Shown: positions 1 to 9,894, counted from the stretch's first letter. The stretch: DNA of 64,000 nt from an uncultured Gammaproteobacteria bacterium (GCA_964599625.1 CAZRGC010000002.1:135883-199882), one strand, 5' to 3'. Numbers and translations: made by a program. The notes: a model not told the origin generated them from the letters alone.

Positions 1-1
1 A

Positions 2-1339
2 TTATTTCCTGCTGCTACCGGATGATAGAGGATTGTTGCCGGAGTTTAGCTGTTTTTGGACGTCTTTGGCGGCTTTGGCGGCATCTTTTGCTTTCTTTTT
101 CTCAGCCATTGCAGCCTGTTGTTCTTTCCACCATGTACTAACTTTTTCTGCCAGTGCTGCACTTCCGAGTTTGGTTCCTTTGTATGTTGCAAGTCCGATT
201 GCCGGTCCCAAGACGAGTCCCAAGGGAACTGCAATAAGCGGATTGCTCATAAGACCTGTGGCCAAAAGTAGGTAAACTGTACCACTGGCACCTGCTACAG
301 CAGAAATTGGCTCCATTTTATCTTTTGCGTCGTCAATTTGATGTCCTACCCATTTTCCGATTTCCAACGGTACACTTGTTACTGCAATTGCAGGACTTGT
401 GAGTATGGGAACCAAAATACTTTGAATTCCTTCTCCCAAAGCTTTGCCTTTTAGTCTTCTTTCTTCAATAATGTTATCTGCTATCTCAATATATTTTTGA
501 GCTCTTTCAGACTGGGCTTCCATTTTGGCCAAAGCCAGTTCATTTCTTGCCGGGATGAGTTCAAGTTGGCCTCTGATGTCTGCTTTTTCACCGGCAATTT
601 CAAACATAGGGAGAATTTGCTCTGCGGTACTAATGTAGAAGTTTCTGAAAGCAATAAGGCCTTCACCTGTGCTAATAGAAGGGTTGTCCGGGTTTGCAAC
701 GTATTTGGCCAACACGCTTGTGGGCTTACCCTCAAGTCGGGACAAAGCCTGGTTTATGTCACCCATTTGACGAGCGAATGCTTCGAGTTTGAATCTGTCG
801 TTTCTGCTTGCAGCTTCAAGATATGCAGACTCCGCTCTTTCCTGAATAACTGCTTCAAGAGCCTGTCTTGTTTCGGGGCTGGTTCTTATAAGTTGAGTAA
901 GCATGCTTTTGGCCATAAGCATGCCGTTATGGGTGTTTTGAAGCCAACCGTGACCTTTCACTGCAGGATGAGATTCGTCGTCGAGCGGGATAACCTCTCC
1001 AAAAATAGTATTTCCGGAGTCTGGTCTGCTTGTGGTGGGTTGGGGTATATCAAAGTCCGAAGCGGGGGCTTGGTCTGATTCCAGCATTACTTCTTGAACA
1101 TCTTGAAATGTTTCTGAGTCAACATGCACAGTCTCTACCTCAACTTTACCTGATTCGGGATTGAGTTCTGCCTCGATTGCTTTTAGAAGATCTTCCTGTG
1201 AGAGTTCAGGCTGCGCGCCAGCCTCGATCTGTTGCATTCTAGACCTTTTCTCTCCGTCTCCGGCTGGTGCCTCTTGTAGTAAGCCCATTTTTTTTCTAAA
1301 CGATACGGGAAGTCTATTCCTGGCTTTTTGCTTTGTCAA
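2..1339 (-). CDS. hypothetical protein, coiled-coil with C-terminal hydrophobic segments
   Basis: 445-aa ORF; true start uncertain (ATG at 1288 possible). Confidence 0.75.
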   Translation of the reverse strand: MTKQKARNRLPVSFRKKMGLLQEAPAGDGEKRSRMQQIEAGAQPELSQEDLLKAIEAELNPESGKVEVETVHVDSETFQDVQEVMLESDQAPASDFDIPQPTTSRPDSGNTIFGEVIPLDDESHPAVKGHGWLQNTHNGMLMAKSMLTQLIRTSPETRQALEAVIQERAESAYLEAASRNDRFKLEAFARQMGDINQALSRLEGKPTSVLAKYVANPDNPSISTGEGLIAFRNFYISTAEQILPMFEIAGEKADIRGQLELIPARNELALAKMEAQSERAQKYIEIADNIIEERRLKGKALGEGIQSILVPILTSPAIAVTSVPLEIGKWVGHQIDDAKDKMEPISAVAGASGTVYLLLATGLMSNPLIAVPLGLVLGPAIGLATYKGTKLGSAALAEKVSTWWKEQQAAMAEKKKAKDAAKAAKDVQKQLNSGNNPLSSGSSRK

Positions 1340-1443
1340 CCATCAATTTTTAAAACTACAAAAACCCACATTTCGGAGCTTTTTAAGGCTTTCCCGTGAA
1401 TGCGGTCGGGCTCAGATTGTAGCAGATTAAATAGCCGATACAA

Positions 1444-2121
1444 TCAGATCTTTTTGGCTGCGTTTTTCAAGTCCTTGCCAACTGTCTTTATCACAACTTT
1501 CTTGATGTCTTCGGCTATTTTCTCACCCGACGCAACTACTTCCAAATCGCTTCCAACTGTTTTGACAACAGTTTTTTCAAGGTCTTTGCCAAGCTCGCCT
1601 GCGATGTCTTGGTTTTTGGAGGCAACACGCTTCAGCTGTGTCTCCAGTTGGCGCTCGATATATGAAATATCGGTCTTTTTGATCATCTCATTAAGCTCGG
1701 CGTCGTCGAATCCTATCTTTTGATGCTGCAAAATAAGCCTCAAAAGCTCCAGGGCTTTGGAAATCTCCCTCTCTGCAATAAGATTGACCTGCATATCAAG
1801 CTCTTCTCTTAAGGTTGAAATATAACTTTGCCTGCTTTGGCTCATAAGTACTATTATGGAAAGGAATATGGCCTCAAGTGACACCACCATTGTAAGAAAT
1901 GTAAACGGATAGGGATCAAATGACGGAATTCCCTGTATATGACCGGTGTTGGCGCCTATCCAGATCACAAAAAAGAGACAGTTTCCAACCAAAAACCAAA
2001 TGCTTCCAAAAGAGGAAGTTAACCAGTCGGCGATCTTTATAGATAACGGTCTGTTCCTTTGTTCTTTTGCCTCCAGGCTGACTATTATATTGTGGCTTGT
2101 CTGTTTATCTTCGTAGGTCAT
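1444..2121 (-). CDS. DUF1003 family membrane protein
   Basis: FDPYPFTFLTMVVSLEAIFLSIIVLMSQSR signature. Confidence 0.88.
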   Translation of the reverse strand: MTYEDKQTSHNIIVSLEAKEQRNRPLSIKIADWLTSSFGSIWFLVGNCLFFVIWIGANTGHIQGIPSFDPYPFTFLTMVVSLEAIFLSIIVLMSQSRQSYISTLREELDMQVNLIAEREISKALELLRLILQHQKIGFDDAELNEMIKKTDISYIERQLETQLKRVASKNQDIAGELGKDLEKTVVKTVGSDLEVVASGEKIAEDIKKVVIKTVGKDLKNAAKKI

Positions 2122-2192
2122 GTCTCATTGTAGTTCCGTCAAAACATTTACTGCAAGATGCAATGATTATTTTTTCTGATACAATCAACTTG

Positions 2193-3467
2193 ATGAATTT
2201 CAAGCTTAAAAAACTAAAAAGCGGACTCAGGGTATTGATTGTGCCCATGCCTTCACTTTCGTCGGTTACTTCAACCATTTGGGTGGCAACAGGCAGTCGC
2301 AACGAGGACAAAAAAGTAAATGGAATCTCGCATTTTTTGGAACATATGGTATTCAAAGGTTCGGCAAAACGCCCCACCGCACGCGAAATAAGCACAGCCG
2401 TTGATTCAATTGGTGGTGAGTTCAATGCAGGCACCTCCAAAGATTGGACAAATTTTTATATCAAATCCGGCAGCAACAATATTGAAACGGCATTTGACGT
2501 TCTTAGCGATATGGTTTTGAACCCAATACTTTCAGCTGAAGAAATTGAACGCGAAAAGGGTACCATTGTCGAGGAAATAAAAATGTACGAAGACACTCCA
2601 ATGTATAGGATTGGCGATGTTTTTGAACAATTGATGTTTAAAGGTGGTCCACTAGGATGGGACATTGCGGGGACCGAAGAAACTGTAAGGGGTGTCAAAA
2701 GAAACGATTTTGTTAAATACCGTGACACACACTATCACCCTGATAATATGTTGATTACCGTCACAGGTAATGTTACAGAGGCCAAGGTAGATAAATTAGT
2801 AGAAAAATATTTTGGAACACTCAAAAAGTCAAAATCTGAATTCGTCTCCAAAAAATTCGAGGTAACACAAACAAAGCCAAGATTTTTACTTCACTCAAAG
2901 AAAAAAGAGCAAGCACATCTGATATTTGGATTTTACTCTGAGGGTAGGGGTTACAAAGATAGGTTTGCCCAAAGTATATTATCCGCAATTTTGGGTGGCG
3001 GTATGAGCTCCAGGCTTTTTATAGAGGTCCGAGAAAGAAGGGGCTTGGCTTATTCAGTCAGAACCAGCATAGATAGATACAACGAAGTAGGGTATATATC
3101 TACTTACGCAGGTGTTGATCCCAAAAAAGCCGATGAGGCAGTCAAAATAATTGCGGAACAATGTTACGGATTGGCGAGTGGTAAATATCCAATTTCAAAA
3201 GAAGAACTCAATAAGGCAAAAGAATTCCTCAAGGGACACCTGGCATTGGTCTTGGAGGATACTAAAGATGTTTCCACCTATTTTGGGGAGCAGGCGCTTT
3301 TTTTGGAAAAAGTAGTTACACCCGAGGAGGTCTACAAAAGCATAGACAATGTTTCCTTGGATGAAGTATTGGAGCAAGCCAAAAAACTTTTTGTTTCCAA
3401 GCATGCCAATCTGGCAATGATAGGACCATACAAATCAGGCGCGAAGTTTGAGAAGGCGATACGATAA
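2193..3467 (+). CDS. M16 family (insulinase-like) zinc peptidase
   Basis: GISHFLEHMVFKGS (HxxEH); LGGGMSSRLF..VRERRGLAY; start trimmed to ATG 2193. Confidence 0.95.
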   Translation: MNFKLKKLKSGLRVLIVPMPSLSSVTSTIWVATGSRNEDKKVNGISHFLEHMVFKGSAKRPTAREISTAVDSIGGEFNAGTSKDWTNFYIKSGSNNIETAFDVLSDMVLNPILSAEEIEREKGTIVEEIKMYEDTPMYRIGDVFEQLMFKGGPLGWDIAGTEETVRGVKRNDFVKYRDTHYHPDNMLITVTGNVTEAKVDKLVEKYFGTLKKSKSEFVSKKFEVTQTKPRFLLHSKKKEQAHLIFGFYSEGRGYKDRFAQSILSAILGGGMSSRLFIEVRERRGLAYSVRTSIDRYNEVGYISTYAGVDPKKADEAVKIIAEQCYGLASGKYPISKEELNKAKEFLKGHLALVLEDTKDVSTYFGEQALFLEKVVTPEEVYKSIDNVSLDEVLEQAKKLFVSKHANLAMIGPYKSGAKFEKAIR

Positions 3468-3473
3468 ACTATT

Positions 3474-3917
3474 CTAGATCAGATCCTCCAAATCAAGTAT
3501 TAGCTTGGTTTTAGGCAAGTCTTCCGGTCTTCCACCATCGGATACATAATCAAGTAGCATTTTAGAATTGTGCTCTATGGCTCTTTGTATAAAATATACC
3601 TTGGTGTCTTCATCGGCATTTGTAGGTATAACCAAGTCTATAAGTGGGGGTGGGATTGGTCTTTTTTCGCTTGCGATCCTCACCATCTCGCGTATTGGTA
3701 CACCCCTTGTCCTTATTGCGGCCTGAGGATAACGACCGGAATCTTCCGGTGTTTTTCCTGTCCAGGGAATCATTTGCCCATCTTTATAATAAAAGTTGAC
3801 AGAGCCAGAATGTTCACCAGAGTTTCCGCCGAAGCTCTCTTTTAGAAGTGTTTCATTTAGGCCGTCTATCTCTTTTGGAGAAAAGTTTTCAAAATCATCT
3901 TTTCCTTGTATTTCCAT
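3474..3917 (-). CDS. hypothetical protein
   Basis: ORF from MEIQGKDD; fills the gap between the peptidase and ndk. Confidence 0.65.
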   Translation of the reverse strand: MEIQGKDDFENFSPKEIDGLNETLLKESFGGNSGEHSGSVNFYYKDGQMIPWTGKTPEDSGRYPQAAIRTRGVPIREMVRIASEKRPIPPPLIDLVIPTNADEDTKVYFIQRAIEHNSKMLLDYVSDGGRPEDLPKTKLILDLEDLI

Positions 3918-3989
3918 TGATGAGATTATCCTATCATACAATACAGGACTGTTGATAAATTTGATAAATTTGAATACAATTAACAACTG

Positions 3990-4607
3990 ATGAAAACACT
4001 TTTGCATGAAAGAACTTTGATTTTGGTAAAGCCCGACGGGGTTCAAAGGGGATTGATTGGTGAGATCATTACTAGATTTGAAAGAAAAGGACTCAAATTG
4101 GTTGCTCTTAAGATGGTTTGGCCGGACAAATCCTTGGCTCAAAAGCACTACGACATGCCCGAAAGTGACAAGATTGCACTTGGTGAGCGCACGATCGCGT
4201 CATACAAAGAAAAGGGAGTAGATCTTGGCAAAACCGCAATTCAAATTGCCGAAGACGTTCAAAAAAGACTTGTTAAATATATTACCACCGGCCCTGTTGT
4301 TGCTATGGTTATAGAAGGTGCTCACGCGGTTGCTCATGTAAGAAAGATTAGGGGAGCCACAAATCCTCTAAGCGCGGATGTAGGAACTATTACAGCGGAC
4401 TATACAATTGATTCATATTTTGTATCAGACCCTGATGAGCGAGCAATTAGAAATTTGGTACATGCATCGGGAAGCACGGTAGAGGCAGAAAGAGAGATTA
4501 AGTTATGGTTTGATACAAAAGAAATTCACGACTATGACCTTGCAATAGAAAAAATTCTTTACGCCAAAGAATGGGAAGAGGCAAGGGAAGAACTCACCCA
4601 GAAGTAA
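3990..4607 (+). CDS. ndk: nucleoside diphosphate kinase
   Basis: ERTLILVKPDGVQRGLIGEII; RNLVHASGS catalytic His. Confidence 0.96.
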   Translation: MKTLLHERTLILVKPDGVQRGLIGEIITRFERKGLKLVALKMVWPDKSLAQKHYDMPESDKIALGERTIASYKEKGVDLGKTAIQIAEDVQKRLVKYITTGPVVAMVIEGAHAVAHVRKIRGATNPLSADVGTITADYTIDSYFVSDPDERAIRNLVHASGSTVEAEREIKLWFDTKEIHDYDLAIEKILYAKEWEEAREELTQK

Positions 4608-4610
4608 TTA

Positions 4611-5261
4611 CTATTTATCTTCTTTGCTTTCACCGTCTTTGCCCTTCATTTTTTTCAGAAGATATTCTGCATATGTTTTCAAATCACCTTCAAATACTGG
4701 TGCAATTTGGCCATCTAATCCAACTTTAAATTTGCGGGAAAGATTAAGATTCAACTTTTGGTCTTTGGTTTTTTCTGGACCGTTTTTCGATGAATTCTTG
4801 GTAGCACTACGGATTTCATTCAAAAAATCCGGCTTCATAAATTTTTCGAAGTTTGCCATTTGTTCTTTTTTCCTGGCTTCTTTTTCTGTTTGAAGCCTTA
4901 TTGCCTCTGCATGTTTTTTGGCTGCGTAACCTTGCAAAATTTTGAAGAAAGAGTCCGGGCTTACGTTTCTGATAAAAAGACCCTCCATTATGTCAAAGAC
5001 TCTTGCTGCGTCTACGTGGCCTGTTTTGGCTATTTCCTCAAATTGCTGATTTGCTTCCATTCCTTGAACCTTTTCCACCATCCTTTTTGCCTCTGATGCC
5101 ATTAGGCCGGCAGACAAGTGTTGTTTAAATGAGTTGAAGGGATCTCTTTGTGAGGCAAGCCAGTTGATTCCCGCTTCAAAAGCTTTGGCAAGTTCTTCAC
5201 CCTCTTTGCTTGGTTTATATTCACCTTCGCCACTGGAAGGTTGATGGTCTGCTGACTCCAT
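4611..5261 (-). CDS. hypothetical protein
   Basis: 216-aa ORF. Confidence 0.7.
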   Translation of the reverse strand: MESADHQPSSGEGEYKPSKEGEELAKAFEAGINWLASQRDPFNSFKQHLSAGLMASEAKRMVEKVQGMEANQQFEEIAKTGHVDAARVFDIMEGLFIRNVSPDSFFKILQGYAAKKHAEAIRLQTEKEARKKEQMANFEKFMKPDFLNEIRSATKNSSKNGPEKTKDQKLNLNLSRKFKVGLDGQIAPVFEGDLKTYAEYLLKKMKGKDGESKEDK

Positions 5262-5302
5262 GTTTGTATATTACTACTTTACTTGTGGAAAACCCAGGCG
5301 CC

Positions 5303-5347
5303 TGGTCGGGGTGGCAGAATTCCTGCCTGCCGGCAGGCAGGGAACTC
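5303..5347 (-). other. distal att site, tRNA-Pro 3'-end-like, retains CCA
   Basis: minus strand GAGTTC[20 bp]AATTCTGCCACCCCGACCA vs tRNA GAGTTCAATTCTCAGCACCCCGACTA. Confidence 0.82.
5322..5341. repeat. 20-bp perfect palindrome CCTGCCTGCCGGCAGGCAGG (REP-like)
   Basis: perfect palindrome; degenerate copy near 59135-59156. Confidence 0.85.
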
Positions 5348-5509
5348 AAAGTCGAGAATCAGAAAATTATCACGAACTTTACAACCATATTATAGAACAT
5401 CTGGACTGGTTAAGTATAACCAAAGAGGAAATTGAGGCTATTTCATCAAAAGAAGCTGAATTAGATCAACCGCTATTCATCACCTACTGACATTAGTTAT
5501 AATGAAAGC

Positions 5510-5773
5510 ATGGCAAAAGTTAAAAAAGATAACCTTACAGATCTAGTGGGTGAAGTTACGGAGCCTAAAGAAGCTACTCCTGCCAAGCCAGATAACAACC
5601 CAAAGCCACAGCAAGGATTAGACGACTACCAAGTGACTACTCCCGATGGTGAAGTCATAGATTTAGCTTTAATGACTGTTGATAAAAGCAAAGATTTGAA
5701 TCAGACATTGATGAGAGGAACAGATCAAAAGGGAAACCATTACCTACTCATAGTGCAGAAGAAAACTCCATAA
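5510..5773 (+). CDS. hypothetical protein (element cargo)
   Basis: 87-aa ORF, TATAAT just upstream of the ATG. Confidence 0.7.
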   Translation: MAKVKKDNLTDLVGEVTEPKEATPAKPDNNPKPQQGLDDYQVTTPDGEVIDLALMTVDKSKDLNQTLMRGTDQKGNHYLLIVQKKTP

Positions 5774-6020
5774 ATCACACTAGCTCGAATCCTCCCGAAC
5801 TTAGTATATCTAGGGATATTAGGAAATGAATCATCAATGATGGAAGTGGTAGACGGGGTGGTTATTTTAGGTGTTGAACTTTTGTTACAATTGATTAGTG
5901 GCCTCTAAAATTTACGGCTCTTTTTGAAATTGAGTTTTTCAGGCTAAATAGTCTTAGGTAGAGTCTTTTCAAAGCAGGTTTTGAGTATGAGTCAAACTAT
6001 CAAATTCTTAACAATTATTT

Positions 6021-6521
6021 ATGGATGCAAAATTAATCACCAATTCCAAACGGGATCGGTTGCTGACTAAGTGTGAGAGCTTGATGCTTCAAGGCTTTGA
6101 CTCGCCAACGGATATCTCAGACGAGCTTAATATCACATACAACACCGCCAAAGGCTATATAACGCTGGTAAGGGAACGCTGGGCATCCTCGTTAAGTGTA
6201 GATGAGATGCAAGCTAAAAGGCAAGAACTCATCAGGCGTACAGAGGAGATAGCCAAAGAAGCGTGGCTACTCAAAAGTAAGGCCAAGAACACTACCGAGG
6301 CTGTATCAGCCCTCAGAACCGCCCTAATGTGCGTAGAACGCTTAGAGAAGCTCCAAGGTATCAATTCGCTACCACTACCTATCGACAAGCCTAAAGTGAA
6401 TCCAATGTACGAATTAGCCCAAAAGATTAACGCCCTACCACCAGAGGAGAAACAGAAGTATGTGTTGCGGATCAAAGAGGAAATTAAAAAACGGGGCATT
6501 GAACTTTCATTCCCGTATTAG
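6021..6521 (+). CDS. HTH protein resembling phage terminase small-subunit-like proteins
   Basis: SPTDISDELNITYNTAKGYI HTH, then helical ALRTALMCVERLEKLQG; family call tentative. Confidence 0.55.
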   Translation: MDAKLITNSKRDRLLTKCESLMLQGFDSPTDISDELNITYNTAKGYITLVRERWASSLSVDEMQAKRQELIRRTEEIAKEAWLLKSKAKNTTEAVSALRTALMCVERLEKLQGINSLPLPIDKPKVNPMYELAQKINALPPEEKQKYVLRIKEEIKKRGIELSFPY

Positions 6522-6569
6522 CTATGCATCTCAAGTCAAAATTTAGTAGAATACAACCATAGGAGAATT

Positions 6570-7061
6570 ATGAGAATAGCAATCATGTCAGATTCCCATG
6601 ACAGATGGGATAACTTAGAAAAGGCTGTCAACCTAGCAAATGAGGCGAATTGTGGAACTCTGCTGTTTGCAGGCGACTTTAATGCTCCTCCTGGAATTCC
6701 TATACTTGAGAAATTTAATGGCGAGGTGAAGCTTGTTTGGGGCAACAACGAAGCCGAAAGAATGGGATTAACAAGAAAATTTGATGCCTCAGAAAAAATT
6801 GAGTTGTGCGGTGATATTTATGAGGGTGAACTTGGTGGTTTGAGAGTATTTATGAACCATTATCCTCGTATTGCAGAATTAGCCGCTAAGTCTGGCGAGT
6901 TTGACTTGTGCGTGTTTGGCCACACACATGAATATAAAGAGGAGAAAATTGGAAGTTGCTTACTTGTCAATCCAGGTGAGATACAAGGCTATAAAACTGG
7001 TGAATCCTCATTTATTATTTTTGATACTAAGTCTAAAAAGGTTGAAAAGATTGTCATATGA
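6570..7061 (+). CDS. YfcE/MJ0936-type metallophosphoesterase
   Basis: SDSHD, AGD, GNN, GHTH, NPG motifs. Confidence 0.92.
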   Translation: MRIAIMSDSHDRWDNLEKAVNLANEANCGTLLFAGDFNAPPGIPILEKFNGEVKLVWGNNEAERMGLTRKFDASEKIELCGDIYEGELGGLRVFMNHYPRIAELAAKSGEFDLCVFGHTHEYKEEKIGSCLLVNPGEIQGYKTGESSFIIFDTKSKKVEKIVI

Positions 7062-7840
7062 ATACAACGCAGGCTGTTAGAATATCAACCTCAGATACAT
7101 TGAGACTGGCTGGGATTTGGCATTTTCCAAAGAATAAAACAAAGAAAGCCGTTATCCTCGCACATGGAATTACAGTCGACAAAGATGAAGATGGAGTATT
7201 CATAAAATTAGCAAACTCCCTCGAAAAAGCAGGATTTGCAGTTATGAGATTTGACTTTCGTGGACATGGCGAAAGTGATGGAAAGTCAATTGATATGACG
7301 GTTAGTGGTGAGATGCTGGACTTAGAGGCGGTGATGGCATATGTAAGAAAACAAGGCTATCTTGATGTAGGTTTATTAGGTGCTAGTTTTGGTGGCGGAT
7401 CATCTACTCTATATGCTTCAGAACACCAAAAAGATATTGCCTGCCTGTGTTTATGGAATCCTGTACTAAATTACGATCATACTTTTTTAAATCCAACTTT
7501 ACCGTGGATCAAAGCAAAAAAAGCACATATGCAAAAGGATATTCATGAAAAAGGCTGGACAACTTTGGGTAGTAGGAAGTTTGTTATCGGGAAAGTCTTG
7601 TTTGATGAGATGGCAAAATATAAGCCATATGATGCTTTACAAATTATTAAACTACCCACAGCTATTATTCATGGTACCAGGGACACAAAGGTTCCATATG
7701 AGGATTCTAAGAAATATGTTTCTTCACTCCAATCTGGATCTTTGATAACTATTGAGGATGCTGAACATGGATTCCATGAACCGAAAGAAAGAGCTAAAGC
7801 TATTGATGCTACAGTAGGTTTTTTTGTTTCTAACCTCTAA
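7058..7840 (+). CDS. alpha/beta hydrolase
   Basis: HG, FDFRGHGES, GASFGG, HGTRD, EHGF. Confidence 0.92.
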   Translation: MNTTQAVRISTSDTLRLAGIWHFPKNKTKKAVILAHGITVDKDEDGVFIKLANSLEKAGFAVMRFDFRGHGESDGKSIDMTVSGEMLDLEAVMAYVRKQGYLDVGLLGASFGGGSSTLYASEHQKDIACLCLWNPVLNYDHTFLNPTLPWIKAKKAHMQKDIHEKGWTTLGSRKFVIGKVLFDEMAKYKPYDALQIIKLPTAIIHGTRDTKVPYEDSKKYVSSLQSGSLITIEDAEHGFHEPKERAKAIDATVGFFVSNL

Positions 7841-7945
7841 GAATCAGATATAACTAAGTGAGCCTAGCTGGCCATCCGAGCCTTATTTTCGCTATAATAG
7901 ATATATCAATCCGTAATCAGGATTGAGTAGAAAATTAAGAAAATT

Positions 7946-9607
7946 ATGGCCACCACACAGGACTTGTTGTCTATCTTGGAAAAATTGCAGGGCAAGGATC
8001 AAGAACGGGATACTTCACAATACCGCTATGTCATTTATGCCAGGAAATCCACAGAGGGGGAGGAACGGCAAGCCAGATCACTAGGCGATCAGGTTATTGA
8101 ATGTACCAAGCTGGCAAATAGTCGAGGATTAAAGTTACTCGCTCGTCCTATTAGCCCAATTGAAGAGAAGCAAAGTGCCAAAGAGCCTGACATCAGGCCG
8201 AAGTTTCGCAAGATGCTAGACGACATCAAACAGGGAAAATATGAGGGTATTATTGCCTGGCATCCTGATAGATTAGCTCGTAATATGAAAGATGCGGGAG
8301 AGATTATCGACTTACTGGACAAGCAAATCATAAAAGATTTACAGTTTGTGAGCTTCACTTTTGAGAATGACACGGCTGGCAAGATGCTTCTAGGTATGTC
8401 GTTTGTCCTCTCCAAGCAATATTCAGACAAGCTACGAGATGATGTTAAGCGTGGTATCAGGCGAAGCATTGAGGATGGTAAGTACTTGAGCAAAGCCAAG
8501 CACGGCTATTATCGGGATCGTAACATGATGCTTAGGCCGGACGGCAACAACTTTACTTTACTCAAAGAAGCCTGGCAGTTGAGGTTACAAGGGAAAACTC
8601 AAAAGGATATTGCCAAGTATCTGGCTGATAAAAATTACAAGCGAAGCGAGGGGGTTGGTGATATCACCCACAAGACAACAAAAATAACGGATAAAGTCTT
8701 ATCAGAGGTGTTTAAGGACACGTTTTACACTGGTGTCTTGAATTATGGCACAACTGGCTTGGTAGACTTAACCGAAGTTTACGATTTTGTTCCGATGGTG
8801 ACAGTTGATGAGTTTTTGAGGATCAACCGCTTTAGCGATATTAAGAAAGCCTTTGAGGTGAAGCGTAGAGGACTTAAAACAGATATTAAGGCTGACTTCT
8901 TGCGTAGGATCGTTTACTGTGGCCATTGTAACGAGCAGATGAGTACTGGCATCACTGTTAAGTACTCCAAGACTGGTAAAACCAACTATTTTAACTTTAG
9001 ATGCGATACTCCTGGATGCAAAATAACTCTACCAAGTGGCAGGAAAGTCAATCAGAACGTGCGTGGCAAGATTGTTTTAGACTTTGTGTACCAGTTCCTA
9101 GAGGAAAACAAATTCACCGATAAGCGAGCCTACAACCATTACTTACAGGAAATGAAGCACGTACAAGAGAACGAACGAAAGGAGCTTGAAGCCAGGAGAA
9201 AATCAATCCAAATAGCGGTTAAAGAGCTTGAGGAACGCATCAACCTCATAAAAGAATCACTATACAAGGAAACTGACAGTGAGATCAAAGATGAGTACAA
9301 GGCTGACTTGAAAGCCAAGAAAGCCCAACTTAAACAAGCCAACGATGAATTAACTAAGATTAAGGAGGCTAAAGCTAAAGGAAGCAAGGTTATATTGACT
9401 TACAAGGAGTTTGTCGAACTTTTCAATGAATTGCCCGATATATTGAGAAAAACGAAAACCATGGAGGGTAAAGATCAGATCATCCGAAAAATCTTCTCGA
9501 ACTTCATTCTCAAGGATAAAAAAGTGGCGTCATATAGGCTAAATCAACCATTCAAAGACTTCATTGATAAGGGCTATTTCGCCTCTAGTCGGGGTGCTGA
9601 GAATTGA
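7946..9607 (+). CDS. large serine recombinase (integrase)
   Basis: YARKS catalytic Ser, RPKF, DRLARN, Zn ribbon CGHC..RC, coiled coil. Confidence 0.95.
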   Translation: MATTQDLLSILEKLQGKDQERDTSQYRYVIYARKSTEGEERQARSLGDQVIECTKLANSRGLKLLARPISPIEEKQSAKEPDIRPKFRKMLDDIKQGKYEGIIAWHPDRLARNMKDAGEIIDLLDKQIIKDLQFVSFTFENDTAGKMLLGMSFVLSKQYSDKLRDDVKRGIRRSIEDGKYLSKAKHGYYRDRNMMLRPDGNNFTLLKEAWQLRLQGKTQKDIAKYLADKNYKRSEGVGDITHKTTKITDKVLSEVFKDTFYTGVLNYGTTGLVDLTEVYDFVPMVTVDEFLRINRFSDIKKAFEVKRRGLKTDIKADFLRRIVYCGHCNEQMSTGITVKYSKTGKTNYFNFRCDTPGCKITLPSGRKVNQNVRGKIVLDFVYQFLEENKFTDKRAYNHYLQEMKHVQENERKELEARRKSIQIAVKELEERINLIKESLYKETDSEIKDEYKADLKAKKAQLKQANDELTKIKEAKAKGSKVILTYKEFVELFNELPDILRKTKTMEGKDQIIRKIFSNFILKDKKVASYRLNQPFKDFIDKGYFASSRGAEN

Positions 9608-9660
9608 ACTCAGTGCCTCTTGTACCCGAAACAAGCGGTCTACCGATGACCTACACCCCG
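9589..9660 (-). tRNA. tRNA-Pro(CGG)
   Basis: cloverleaf: acceptor CGGGGTG/CACCCCG, anticodon CTTGT-TTCGGGT-ACAAG, T arm CTGAG-TTCAATT-CTCAG. Confidence 0.95.
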
Positions 9661-9786
9661 ATCTCGTCGAAACTCGAATCGCTGGCCGCACTAAAAATTT
9701 CTAATTTTCAGTGCTGACGCTCATCGGTTTCTCCTCTCAAATTTTCTTTGCAAATTTGGTTAAACACAAAACAGGAAACTGCTCTG

Positions 9787-9858
9787 TGCCCCCAGCAGGA
9801 ATCGAACTTGCATCTTGCCCTTAGGACGGGCCTACTCTGTCCATTGAGCTATGGGGGC
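9787..9858 (-). tRNA. tRNA-Arg(CCT)
   Basis: acceptor GCCCCCA/TGGGGGC, loop GTCCTAA, T loop TTCGATT; a few stem mismatches. Confidence 0.88.
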
Positions 9859-9894
9859 ATCTTAGACTGCAAAATTATAACACGGAGGCTAACT

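Larger units (their letters stand above)
5305..9596. mobile_element. serine-recombinase integrative element inserted at the tRNA-Pro(CGG) 3' end
   Basis: direct repeat core GTCGGGGTG at 5305-5313 and 9588-9596, each followed by AGAATT..GAACTC; recombinase abuts the tRNA; five co-oriented genes inside. Confidence 0.85.

Noticed and set aside
5303-5347. Second or intron-containing tRNA-Pro
   Set aside because: Only the 3' acceptor/T-arm-like part is present; no D or anticodon arm
5260-5490. 76-aa ORF as an independent gene
   Set aside because: Start overlaps the divergent gene's start codon and the ORF crosses the att site; better read as an att-flank remnant
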